Shown piece after piece: positions 28,489-38,506 of a stretch of DNA of 64,000 bases. The notes under the pieces were generated by a model. The model was not told the origin of the DNA, did not search any database, and saw nothing but the letters and a program-made list of their open reading frames with translations. Each line of letters starts with the position of its first letter. Position 1 is the stretch's first letter. The stretch comes from an uncultured Acidimicrobiia bacterium (GTDB taxonomy: Bacteria; Acidobacteriota; Vicinamibacteria; Vicinamibacterales; UBA2999). Location of the stretch: assembly GCA_963795125.1 (NCBI GenBank), contig CAWCGQ010000001.1, forward strand, positions 407,024-471,023, given 5' to 3'. A program made the translations under genes and the position numbers.

Positions 28489-29109
28489 TGCGTCGGCGGC
28501 TTGCCCCACAGCTTTTCGAGGCGCTGCTCGCGCCCGCAGCTCCATTTGTAGAATTTGTAGCGCACCGGGTTCTTCTTGTAATAGTCCTGGTGATAGTCCT
28601 CGGCCGGGTAGAACTCGCCGGCGGCGACGATCTGCACCGGGATCGACTTGGCAAGCTGCGCGCCGACCCGCTCCTTGGAACTGTCGGCCTGCTGCTTTTG
28701 ATCAGCCGAGTGATAGAAGATCGCCGGCCGGTACTGCGGACCCCGGTCGCAAAATTGACCGCCGCCGTCGAGGGCATCGACGTTGCGCCAGAACACCTCG
28801 AGCAGGCGTGCGTAGGTCACCTTCGCCGGGTCGTAAACCACCTGCAGCGCTTCGGTGTGGCCGGTGTCGCCCGCTCGAGACCTGCTCGTAGGTCGGCGAC
28901 CTGGTTTCTCCGCCGGTATAGCCGGAGGTCGTGGAGATCACGCCATCAAGCTCGTCGAAGGGCGGCTCCATGCACCAGAAGCACCCGCCCGCGAATGTGG
29001 CCACCTCGGTTGCAGCCCCACCCGATTGAGCGGCGGAGTCAGATGAGCCGACGGTGAGGCACAAAACAACGAGCGCGCTGCAGGTGGCGAAACGAGGTGC
29101 GAAGTTCAT
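28485..29109 (-). CDS. msrA: exported peptide-methionine (S)-S-oxide reductase MsrA; one extra base in CCC/GGG at 28870-28872
   Basis: Signal peptide plus [12 protein letters not shown]...GYTGGE in ORF 28702..29109. [18 protein letters not shown]...[12 protein letters not shown] in ORF 28485..28841. Removing one G restores [21 protein letters not shown]. Confidence 0.9.
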
Positions 29110-29627
29110 CGGTCACCTTCCGACGCGGCCGGCTTGAAGCCCATCGCCACGCCATTGATGCAGTGCCGCTTGCCCGTCGGCGGCGGCCCGTCTTCGAAGA
29201 TGTGGCCCAGATGGCCGCCGCAACGCCGGCAGTGCACCTCGGTTCGGATGGCGAACAAACTCCGGTCCTCCGATGTACCGACAGCGTTCGGGAGCGCCGC
29301 CGTGAAGCTCGGCCAGCCGGTACCGCTCTCGAATTTGGTTTCGGATGCGTACACCGGCAGGTCGCAACCGGCGCAGTGAAACGTCCCCTTACGATGCTCG
29401 GCGTTGAGCGGACTGGAACCCGGCGGCTCGGTGCCCTGCTTACGGAGAATATTGAACTGGGCCGGCGTCAGAATCTTTCGCCATTCGGCCTCGGTCCTGG
29501 TCACCTCGAAGCCATCGGCAGGCGCCACCCCGGCGGTTCCGGCCGTTTGATCAGCGGCGGCCCCGCAGCCCGTTAGCACTGCGGGTGCGGCGCTGGCGAC
29601 GATGGTGAGGAACGTTCTTCGATCCAT
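29106..29627 (-). CDS. msrB: exported (Tat/lipoprotein-type signal) peptide-methionine (R)-S-oxide reductase MsrB
   Basis: ORF 29106..29627 (173 aa). [21 protein letters not shown] signal. [11 protein letters not shown]...GWPSF...[21 protein letters not shown] overlap with msrA. Confidence 0.9.
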   Translation of the reverse strand: MDRRTFLTIVASAAPAVLTGCGAAADQTAGTAGVAPADGFEVTRTEAEWRKILTPAQFNILRKQGTEPPGSSPLNAEHRKGTFHCAGCDLPVYASETKFESGTGWPSFTAALPNAVGTSEDRSLFAIRTEVHCRRCGGHLGHIFEDGPPPTGKRHCINGVAMGFKPAASEGDR

Positions 29628-29850
29628 CTCATGCCTCGTGCAAGAAGGGGACCCGGCGAGGCGGCGGTTTCGCTACCGCCGGGCTGGAAGCGCCGAACGC
29701 GCTTGGGGCCTGATTGCCAGACTCTGGCGACCGGAACCATTGACAGAAATTTGCGGTACCGATCATGCACGTGTGTGCCCGAGGTCCGGCGGGTCGGGCC
29801 AGCACATGTGTGCCCCGCAGACGCGCGGGCAAATCCTCCGGAGGTGTCCA

Positions 29851-30423
29851 TTGAACAGATTAATAACGCTGACGCTCGCATCGCTCTTCGCCGTTGCTTG
29901 TTCCTCGCAGAAGGAGCCGGCCCAGATGGCGGTCAATGGCCTCGAGAAATCCGCGGAGGCCGCCAGGCCCGAGATCGAGCGGTTCGCTGCCGATCGGATG
30001 GCCAACGTAGACGCTGCCGTCGCGGCCGTCAAAGCGAAGTTCGACGACGGCAACTTCGGAGGGGCGATGGCCGACGCGCCAGCGGCCACCAATATGGTCA
30101 CGGCGGCGGCGGAGGCAGCGGCCGCTCGCAAGGCGCAGCTGTCCACGGAGTGGGCGACGTTTGCCGGCATGCCGGCGGTGATCGGCCAGATCAAGGCGAA
30201 GATGGGGGAACTGGAGGCGATGCGGCGCCTGCCCAGAGGCATGGACAGGGCCAAGCTAAAGAGTGGCCAGTCGTCCATCGAATCGCTCACGACCCTTTGG
30301 GATGAAGCCACGAAGGCCCATGACGACGGCAACCTGGTTATCGCCGTGTCGAAGGCCAGGGACGCCAAACCGATCGCCGACTCGCTCTGGAGCGGCCTGG
30401 GCTTGGCTCCGCCCGCAATGTAG
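29851..30423 (+). CDS. hypothetical helical lipoprotein
   Basis: In-frame TTG at 29851, 6 nt after GGAGG (29840-29844), within ORF 29602..30423. Starts LNRLITLTLASLFAVACSSQ (lipobox). The remainder is Ala/Lys/Glu-rich and helical. Confidence 0.6.
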   Translation: MNRLITLTLASLFAVACSSQKEPAQMAVNGLEKSAEAARPEIERFAADRMANVDAAVAAVKAKFDDGNFGGAMADAPAATNMVTAAAEAAAARKAQLSTEWATFAGMPAVIGQIKAKMGELEAMRRLPRGMDRAKLKSGQSSIESLTTLWDEATKAHDDGNLVIAVSKARDAKPIADSLWSGLGLAPPAM

Positions 30424-30482
30424 GCTCCGGCCGCTAACGGCTCGAAGTATTCACGTCGACCTGCCAGTAGTGGCGTCCGCCG

Positions 30483-30509
30483 CACACGGCTCCCTTTCGG
30501 AGCCGTGTG
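30483..30509. terminator. GC-rich hairpin between convergent genes (possible bidirectional terminator)
   Basis: cacacggctcc-ctttc-ggagccgtgtg: 11-bp perfect stem, 5-nt loop. It lies between the lipoprotein stop (30423) and the ATPase stop (30574). No U-tract. Confidence 0.4.
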
Positions 30510-30573
30510 GCGGGCGCGACCACATAAGGGTATTCCCTGACGCAGGTTCGGCATTCGGGCGTCAAGCCGCCAG

Positions 30574-32942
30574 CTAGAGCTGAGCGCGCCGCAGTCGCAG
30601 GGCATTGGCGATTACGGACACCGAGCTGAATGTCATGGCGGCACTCGCGATCATGGGGCTCAGCAGGATGCCGAACCAGGGATAGAGCGCGCCGGCCGCC
30701 AGTGGCACGCCGAGGGTGTTGTAGACAAACGCGAAGAACAGATTCTGGCGGATGTTCTTCATCGTGGCTGCGCTCAAGCGGCGGGCGCGGACGATGCCCC
30801 TGAGGTCGCCCTTGATTAACGTGACCCCCGCGCTTTCCATCGCGACATCGGTTCCGGTGCCCATGGCGATGCCGACGTCGGCTTGCGCGAGCGCCGGCGC
30901 GTCGTTGATGCCATCGCCCGCCATGGCGACAACGGCGCCGGCGTCCTGGAGCCGCTTCACCACCTGGGCCTTCTGATCCGGCAGGACGTCGGCCTCGACC
31001 TGATCGATGCCGACACTTTTCGCAACCGCATCCGCGGTGGTGCGGTTGTCGCCGGTGAGCATCACCACCGTCACGCCTTGTTGTTGCAGTTCGCGAATGG
31101 CCTCGCGCGCGGTCTCCTTGATCGGGTCGGCGACGCCAATCAGGCCCGCCGGCTTGCCGTCAATGGCGATCAGCATCACCGTCTGGCCCTCGCGCCTCAA
31201 GGCGTCTGCCCGGTCGACGAGCGCCGGCGTGGCGATACCGAGGCTGTCCATGTGGCGGAGGTTGCCAATCGCCACCTTTCGGCCGTCGACCATGCCGGCG
31301 ACGCCCTTGCCGGTGCTCGACTCGAAGTCCGTGACCGTCGAGATCTGAATGTCCCTGTCGCGCGCCCCCGCGACGATCGCGGCGGCGAGTGGATGCTCGC
31401 TGACGTTTTCGAGGCTCGCGGTCAGCCCCAACACGGTCGCCTCATCGAACCCCGGCAGCGGTTCGATGGTCGTCAACTTCGGCTTGCCCTCGGTCAGCGT
31501 CCCGGTCTTGTCGACGACCAGCGTCGTGACCTTCTCGAGAATTTCCAGTGCCTCGGCGTTGCGAAGCAGCACGCCCAACTCCGCGCCGCGGCCCGTCCCG
31601 ACCATGATCGACATCGGCGTCGCCAGACCCAGCGCACAGGGGCAGGCGATGATCAACACCGCAACGGCGTTCACCAGCGCGTGCGCGAGCCGCGGCTCGG
31701 GACCGAAATAGGCCCACACCAGGAACGTCGCGACGGCCACGACGATCACGATCGGCACGAACCACCCGGACACCGTGTCGGCCAGGCGCTGAATCGGCGC
31801 GCGTGAGCGTTGAGCTTCGCTGACCATGCGGACGATCTGCGCGAGCAGGGTCTCGGCCCCGACTCGTTCGGCGGTCATGACGAACTGCGCCGGTGCCGTT
31901 GACCGTACCGCCGGTGACCTGCGCGCCGATGGTCTTCTCGACCGGGATTGGCTCGCCCGTCACCATCGACTCGTCGATCGTCGTGGTGCCCTCCGAGACG
32001 ACGCCATCGACCGGGATGCGCTCGCCGGGTCGGACCCTGAGGCGATCGCCCACCTGCACCTGCTCGAGCGGAACATCCTGTTCCGAGCCATCGGCGTTCA
32101 CCGTGCGCGCGGTCTTGGGCGCGAGGCCCAGCAGGTTGCGAATCGCGGAACTGGTTCGACTTCTCGCCCGCAGTTCGAGCACCTGGCCAAGCAGCACGAG
32201 CACGACGATCACCGCGGCCGGCTCGAAGTACACGGCGACCTGATCGCCCATGCGAAACGACGCTGGAAACAGGTCGGGGAAGATGGTCGCGACCACGCTG
32301 TAGCCGTACGCGGCGCCCACGCCCAGCGCGATCAGCGTGAACATGTTCAGATGGCCCGACGTGACCGAGGCCCAGCCGCGTTCGAAAAACGGCCGGCCGC
32401 CCCACAGCACCACCGGAGTGGCGAGGGCGAACTCGATCCAGTTCTGCCAGCCGGCGGGCAGCAGATGGAGCAGGTGCCCTGGGAGCATGTGCGCGACCAT
32501 GAAGGCGAGAATCGGCGCGGTCAGCGCGAGCGACCACCAGAAGCGCCGTGTCATGTCCGCCAGTTCTTCGTTCGGCTGCTCCTCGAGGGTGACGTTGACC
32601 GGCTCGAGCGCCATCCCGCAGATCGGGCAGGAGCCCGGGCCCCGTCTGGCGGATCTCCGGATGCATCGGGCAGGTGTATTCGGCGTCGGCATCCGCCGCC
32701 GCGGCCGGTGTCGCTCCGCCGAGAAACTCACCCGGGTTGGCTTGAAACCGCTCAAGGCACGAATCGCTGCAGAAGTGATACAGCTGACCGCCGTGTTCGA
32801 CGGTGCCCACCGCATCGGCGGGCGCTATCGTCATCCCGCAAACCGGGTCGGTCACGTCGTTCGAAGCTTGAGTCTCGTGTTGTTGATGATGCGTCGCCAC
32901 TGGCGGCCTCCACACTGATGAACGCGACGCCGGGGAGTTCAT
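30574..32942 (-). CDS. copA: copper-translocating P1B-type ATPase with N-terminal YHS/TRASH-like and CPMHPE-type metal-binding segments; two single-base frame breaks (about 32633 and 31885)
   Basis: N-terminus [35 protein letters not shown] and [15 protein letters not shown] (ORF 31875..32942). [11 protein letters not shown] plus TM/actuator domain (ORF 31442..32815). [44 protein letters not shown] (ORF 30574..31878). Confidence 0.9.
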
Positions 32943-32987
32943 TACGGGGCGCCGGGGCGCCGGGCGCGTGGCCCAGCGCCCGAGGCA

Positions 32988-33131
32988 TTACTTCGCAAAT
33001 TGAGCGGGACTGGCGTCGAACTTGGTCTTGCAGCCGGTCGAGCAGAAGTAATACGTCTTTTCCTGATACTGACTGGTCCCGGCGGCCTTGGCCGGATCAA
33101 CCTGCATACCGCACACCACGTCTTTTTCCAT
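32988..33131 (-). CDS. small YHS-domain metal-binding protein (47 aa, below ORF-track cutoff)
   Basis: My translation: MEKDVVCGMQVDPAKAAGTSQYQEKTYYFCSTGCKTKFDASPAQFAK*. AGGAGG lies 6-7 nt upstream of the ATG. It sits directly upstream of the ATPase. Confidence 0.7.
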   Translation of the reverse strand: MEKDVVCGMQVDPAKAAGTSQYQEKTYYFCSTGCKTKFDASPAQFAK

Positions 33132-33170
33132 GACACTACCTCCTGCGATTGATAACTTGCGCGTCGGCCC

Positions 33171-34557
33171 TCACACCGCGCCGGCCGACGGCAGCGTGAC
33201 GAGCGCGGTGGTACCGGCGCCGGCCTTGCTCTCGATCACGACCTGGCCGCCGTGCGCGTCGACGATGCGTTTGACGATTGCAAGTCCCAGGCCTGATCCC
33301 GCCGGAGCGCTGCCGGCATCTCGACCGTGCACGTGGCGATCGAAGACATGCGGCAGGAGGTCAGCCGCAATGCCCGAGCCGGTGTCCGAGACCGTCGCGA
33401 TGATCTGGCCGTGCTCGCTGGTGGCGGCAATCGTGATGCGACCGCCGGGCGGGGTGAACTTGACCGCGTTTTCGCCAAGGTTCAGCATCAACTGGCGCAA
33501 GCGCACGGCGCTGCCCCAGGCCTTCAGCCCCGGCTCGATCGACGTCTCGCACGACACCCCGTGCGCCTCGGCAAGCGCTCCCACCAGTTCGCCGGCCTCA
33601 GAGAATACGTCGCTGACGCTGACCGGGCCTTCGCGCGACACTGCCGAGTCGGCATCGGCCAGCGCCAGGTCGCGGAGGTCCTGCAGTGTGGCCGTCAACG
33701 CGTCGACCTCGTCGGAGAGTGTGTTCAACGCGGCTTGCTTGTCCGCCGGCGGGCGAGAGGCGAGCGGATTCGATCGTGCCCTTCATCACCGTCAGTGGTG
33801 TCTGGAGCTGGTGAGAGACATCCGCCGTGAACTCCTTCATCGTGCCGAACGACGTGCCCAGTCGATCGAGCAGCTGGTTGACCGACGAGGTCAGCCGCCT
33901 GACCTCGAGGTCCGGCGCGTGCGGGTCGACCCGACGTGCCAGGTCCGTGGCCTGAATCGACTCCAGCGCCGTCGCGATGGTGTCGATCGGCCTCAGCGCC
34001 CGCTTGGCGATCAGGAATCCGCCAAAGCTCGTGAGGACGATGACGAACGGAATCAACACCGCCGATGCCAGGGTGACGGCCTCCAGCATCATGCCGACGT
34101 CCCCGAGCGGCCGGCCGAGTTGCAGATAGGTTCCTTCAGGACTTGAAAGCGGAACGCACGTAAACCTGACCGGGCCGCGCGCCAGTTGAACGGTAAAGAA
34201 TTGCGGATACGTCACGCCGCTGGTCGCGGCATGGGTCAGCACTTCGTGCGCCCCGATATTGGGCTCGACCTTCGCCAGCTGCTCCGACCTGAACAGCATC
34301 TGGCCGTGCGAGTCGCGCACCATCACGTAGGGTGCCACGGCGCCTTGCTGCTCGAGCGCTTCAAGCGAGGCAATCGGGTCCGCGGTGGCGGCAACGGCGG
34401 TGACGACGCGTCGCGCATCCTCCTGCAAGTCGCCGTCGTGATGCGAATAGAGCGTGCGAGCCAGCCACGCGTACAGCAGCACCGCAAACAACGTCAGCGC
34501 GGACGCAATGACCAGCACGTTCCAGAACGTGGTGCGCGCTTTAAGAGTGGTGATCAT
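33171..34557 (-). CDS. membrane sensor histidine kinase (CusS/CopS-like); one frame break near 33745-33756
   Basis: Two TM segments flank a periplasmic domain, followed by a HAMP-like region and the H-box FTADVSHQLQTPLT (ORF 33598..34557). ATPase part NLGENAVKFTPPGG, DTGSGI, GSGLGLAIV (ORF 33171..33728). Confidence 0.85.
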
Positions 34558-35237
34558 CGGCGGTGTCGGGCCTGAGGACGTAGCCGACGCCCCGCACCGC
34601 GTGGATGAGGCGCGGCTCGCCGGCGTCTTCCAGCTTCTTTCGCAAATGATTGACGTAGACGTCGATCACATTCGTCATCCGGTCCCAGGTGAAGTCCCAG
34701 ACGTGTTCGCCGATCATCGCGCGGGTGAGCACCTGATCGACATTGCGCATCAGGTACTCGAGCAGCGCAAATTCCTTCTGCGTCAGCTCCACCTTGCGGG
34801 GGCCCCGATGCACCGTCCTCGCGACCGGATCGAGCTGAAGGTCGCCGACCGTCAGCGTCAGCGCCGTCGACCGGCGGCTGCCGCCGCAGCAGCGCCCTGA
34901 CGCGCGCGCTGAGCTCGGCGAACTCGAACGGCTTGGTCAGGTAGTCATCCGCGCCGCTATCCAACCCGCGCACGCGATCCTCGGTCACGCCCCGGGCCGA
35001 GAGCATCATGATCGGCGTCGTGACGTTGCGGCGGCGCAGTTCCCGGCAAATCGCGAATCCGTCAATCCCCGGGAGCACGACGTCCAGCACAATCAGTTCG
35101 AAGCTGTCGGCGAGCCCGGCCTCGAGCCCTGCCGTGCCCGTGTGTTCGACCCGCACCGCCAGGTTCAACTCCGACAGGTGCTGCGCGACCAGCGTCGCCA
35201 GCCGCACCTCGTCTTCGACGACGAGCACGCGGGGCAT
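34541..35237 (-). CDS. OmpR-family response regulator (CusR/CopR-like); one frame break near 34858-34865
   Basis: Receiver MPRVLVVEDE...ELIVLDVVLPGIDG...LTKPF (ORF 34554..35426, internal ATG at 35237). Winged-helix VELTQKEFALLEYLMRN...VIDVYVNHLRKKL (ORF 34541..34813). Confidence 0.85.
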
Positions 35238-35350
35238 GCGCGTCGGCCCGCCGGCCTGGCGTTCGTCCACCTCCTGATCTTTCAGGAGCGCGGCGGAACG
35301 AGGCATTAATTCCTGTTCATGATCGCCAGCAGCCACGGTAGGCGCGCCAT

Positions 35351-36589
35351 CTAGCGACTGGTGCTCAGCTTCGCCAGCTCGACCCGCGCGGTCGCGACCG
35401 TGGTCGGCGTTCCTGATTCCGTCCACGCAAACACCAGCTCCGCACCCGACTGCGCCATGCGCGGATAGCCACTCGCCCGGTTGGCGCTCAGTCCGGCTAC
35501 GGTGATGGCTGCCGAACGCTCACCTGAGGCGCTGACGCGACGCATCCGGAACTGCGCCTTGCCATCGGCAAACTCGATCCAGGTCGCCGCCGCCGACCCA
35601 TCGTCGAGCAGCGCCACATCGACACGACCGAGCGCGCTCGCGTCGTCCAGCTGGATCGGCTTGCCGAACGACTTGCCGCTGTCGGCCGAGAACGCGACGT
35701 AGGTGTGACCCTCGTCACCTTTGGCGGTGAACCAGGCCAGGGCCACGGTCTTGCCCTTGGCGCTCAAGGCAGGTCCGTTGACCGGGCACGCCGCGATCTG
35801 CCAGTTGTCGCGATGGACCGGAGCGGGCTCACTCCATTTACCCCCGACCAGCCGCGAGACGTAGATGTCGCGAATTTCAGACGGGCTCCGATCGCGATAG
35901 GCGACGATCGGCCCCTCGGCGGTCACCGCGGCCGCGGTGGGGCAGCATTCGCACACCCGCAGATCGATCGGCCCCTCCGAAATCTGCTTGCCTTTCTGAT
36001 CGTAGACGGCGCCGCGCACGCTCATCTCGCCGCCGCCGTGCTCCTCGTGACCACCCTTCATGGCGCGGCCGTCAAGCCACACCAGGCCGAGGCCCGCGCC
36101 GGGCATCTGGAACAGCGACGCAAATCCGTGCTCGGTCTTCGAGCCATCGTTGTGGGGCGTGAAGGAGGGCGCCCAGGTTTGGCCGTCGTCCAGGGAGCGC
36201 GCCAGTCGCACGTCATAGGCGTAGGTGTCGGCGCCGCTCTTCTGGAGCCAATGACCGTAAATCGATCCGTCTGCGAGACGGAGGACGGACGGCACGTCGG
36301 CCCAATTGACGAACCAGTCACGGCCGCTCGCAACCGTGCGGGCCGGCGTCCACCCGTCACCCTTGCGCTCGGAGAACTTCAACGTCGCGAGCTCGCCCGT
36401 TCGCTCGATCCAGCTGAGTAGTACGCCGCGGTCGGACACCGTCAGTTGCGGCTGCGCACTGCCGGGCCCCGCCGGGGAGGCAATCGCGACAATGTTTGTG
36501 GCGGCGGATTGCGCTCCAATTCCAGAACCAAGAAAGGCGGCGGAGATGGCCGCGAACAAGGCAACTGAGGCGTAACGCATCGTCGTCAT
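35351..36589 (-). CDS. secreted BNR/Asp-box beta-propeller protein (sialidase-like fold), function unknown
   Basis: ORF 35351..36589 (412 aa). Signal peptide. Asp-box-like SLDDGQTW and SADSGKSF. Repeated beta-strand pattern. Confidence 0.65.
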   Translation of the reverse strand: MTTMRYASVALFAAISAAFLGSGIGAQSAATNIVAIASPAGPGSAQPQLTVSDRGVLLSWIERTGELATLKFSERKGDGWTPARTVASGRDWFVNWADVPSVLRLADGSIYGHWLQKSGADTYAYDVRLARSLDDGQTWAPSFTPHNDGSKTEHGFASLFQMPGAGLGLVWLDGRAMKGGHEEHGGGEMSVRGAVYDQKGKQISEGPIDLRVCECCPTAAAVTAEGPIVAYRDRSPSEIRDIYVSRLVGGKWSEPAPVHRDNWQIAACPVNGPALSAKGKTVALAWFTAKGDEGHTYVAFSADSGKSFGKPIQLDDASALGRVDVALLDDGSAAATWIEFADGKAQFRMRRVSASGERSAAITVAGLSANRASGYPRMAQSGAELVFAWTESGTPTTVATARVELAKLSTSR

Positions 36590-36698
36590 GCGGTCGATGA
36601 TACCCCCGCCTCGCGCATTGACGCCAAGGTTAACGACTTTTAATCAGCCGTGATTGGCGCTCGGCGTACCGTGTAAAGGAGGTGTCCCGCCAGACCGC

Positions 36699-38506
36699 AT
36701 GATGAAGAGATTTCCCAGCCAGTTTTCGCGCCGCTCGTTCGTCAAGGGACTGGCCATTGGGGGAACGGCACTCGGGCTGCACGGCCTGCGCGTCTCTCCC
36801 GGCTACGCGCAGTCGGACCCACGCAAGCATCCCGAATTGCTCACCGGAACCGAGTTCGATCTTCGCATCGGCGAAATTCCGATCAACATCACCGGTGCGC
36901 CGCGCACGGCGTTTGCGGTCAACGGATCGGTGCCCGCACCGGCGCTGCGATGGAAGGAGGGCGACACGGTCACGCTGCGGGTCGCGAACACCCTCGACGA
37001 AGACGCCTCGATTCATTGGCACGGCATTCTGCTGCCTGCGAACATGGATGGTGTGCCCGGCTTGAGCTTTCATGGCATCCGGCCGCGTGAAACCTACACC
37101 TATCGCTTTGCCGTCAAGCAGGGTGGCACCTACTGGTACCACAGCCACTCCGGTTTCCAGGAACAGCAGGGCCTCTACGGCTCGCTGGTGATCGAGCCGC
37201 TCGCGCCGGAGCCGTTCCGGTTCGACCGCGAGCACGTGGTGCTGCTGAGCGACTGGACCGACGAGAATCCAGGGCGAGTCTTCGCCAAGCTCAAGAAACA
37301 GTCCGACTACTACAACTTCCACAAGCGGACCGTCGGCGATTTCATCCGCGACGCCCGCCAGCAGGGACTCAAGCGCACGCTCGACGATCGCCGGATGTGG
37401 GGTGACATGCGAATGAACCCCACCGACCTGGCCGACGTCTCCGGCCACACCTACACCTACCTGATGAACGGGATTTCGCCCGCGGCCAACTGGACCGGCC
37501 TGTTCAAGAGTGGCGAGCGCGTTCGGCTGCGCTTCATCAACGGCTCGGCGATGTCCTACTTCGACGTCCGCATCCCCGGGCTCAAGATGACGGTGGTCGC
37601 GGCCGACGGACAGTACGTGCATCCGGTCTCGGTTGACGAGTTTCGCATCGCCACGGCCGAGACCTACGACGTGATCGTCGAGCCGTCGGGGCAGGATGCG
37701 TTCACGATCTTCGCGCAGTCGATGGATCGGACCGGCTTCGCTGCCGGCACGCTGGCGGTTCGCGATGGGCTTCGCGCGCCGGTGCCGGCGCTGGATGCGC
37801 GCGCGCTGCTGACCATGGCCGATATGGGTCATGGCGGGATGGACCATGACATGGGCGCGAGCGAAGCGCGCCAGCCCGGCCCGGCGGCGCCGCGCCGATC
37901 CCCATGCCGGCCACACCATGCCCGCGCCCGGCGGCCGCGCCGGCCGATCCCCATGCCGGCCACAACATGTCGCCGGGAGGCATGCTGTCGCACCCGGAAT
38001 CGGAGGACGGCAATCCGCTCGTGGACATGCAGGCCATGTCACCAACGTCGCGCCTCGACGACCCCGGCATCGGCCTGCGCAACAACGGCCGCAAGGTGCT
38101 GACCTACAGCGATCTCAAGAGCGTGTTCGACGATCCGGATGGGCGCGAGCCGGGACGGACCATCGAGCTCCACCTGACCGGCCACATGGAGCGGTTCGCG
38201 TGGTCCTTCGACGGCATCAAGTTCTCCTCGGCGGATCCGCTGAAGCTGACCTACGGCGAACGGCTGCGGGTGGTGCTCGTCAACGACACCATGATGAGCC
38301 ATCCCATTCACCTGCACGGCATGTGGAGCGACCTCGAAGACGATGACGGCCGGTTCCAGGTCCGCAAGCACACGATTGATATGCCGCCGGGGACCCGGCG
38401 TTCGTACCGCGTGCGCGCCGATGCGCTGGGGCGGTGGGCCTTTCACTGCCACCTGCTCTTTCACATGGAATCGGGCATGTTCCGCGAAGTGCGAGTCGAA
38501 GAATGA
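36699..38506 (+). CDS. pcoA: copper-resistance multicopper oxidase (CopA/PcoA type), Tat signal; two single-base frame breaks within 37870-37943
   Basis: MMKRFPSQFSRRSFVKGLAIGG; HWHGILLP; WYHSHSG (ORF 36654..38102). Met/His-rich linker. HPIHLHGMW and HCHLLFHMESGM (ORF 37904..38506). Confidence 0.9.
37894..37964 (+). repeat. 22-nt direct repeat gccgatccccatgccggccaca (37894-37915 and 37943-37964), period 49 nt, inside the oxidase Met/His linker
   Basis: Both copies encode ADPHAGH(T/N)M, but only if read in two different frames. This pins one inserted base between the copies (true period 48 nt). Confidence 0.8.

Noticed and set aside
36618-36644. TTGACG ... TTTAAT promoter-like hexamers and a TTGACG/TTAACG direct repeat upstream of the multicopper oxidase
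   Set aside because: The spacing (15 nt) and the -10 match are weak. I could not match it to a known CopR/CusR box, so it is not reported as a feature.
37894-37964. Spaced direct repeat considered as a possible mini-CRISPR or repeat array
   Set aside because: There are only two copies, both inside a coding Met/His-rich linker and both encoding the same peptide. It is not an array.
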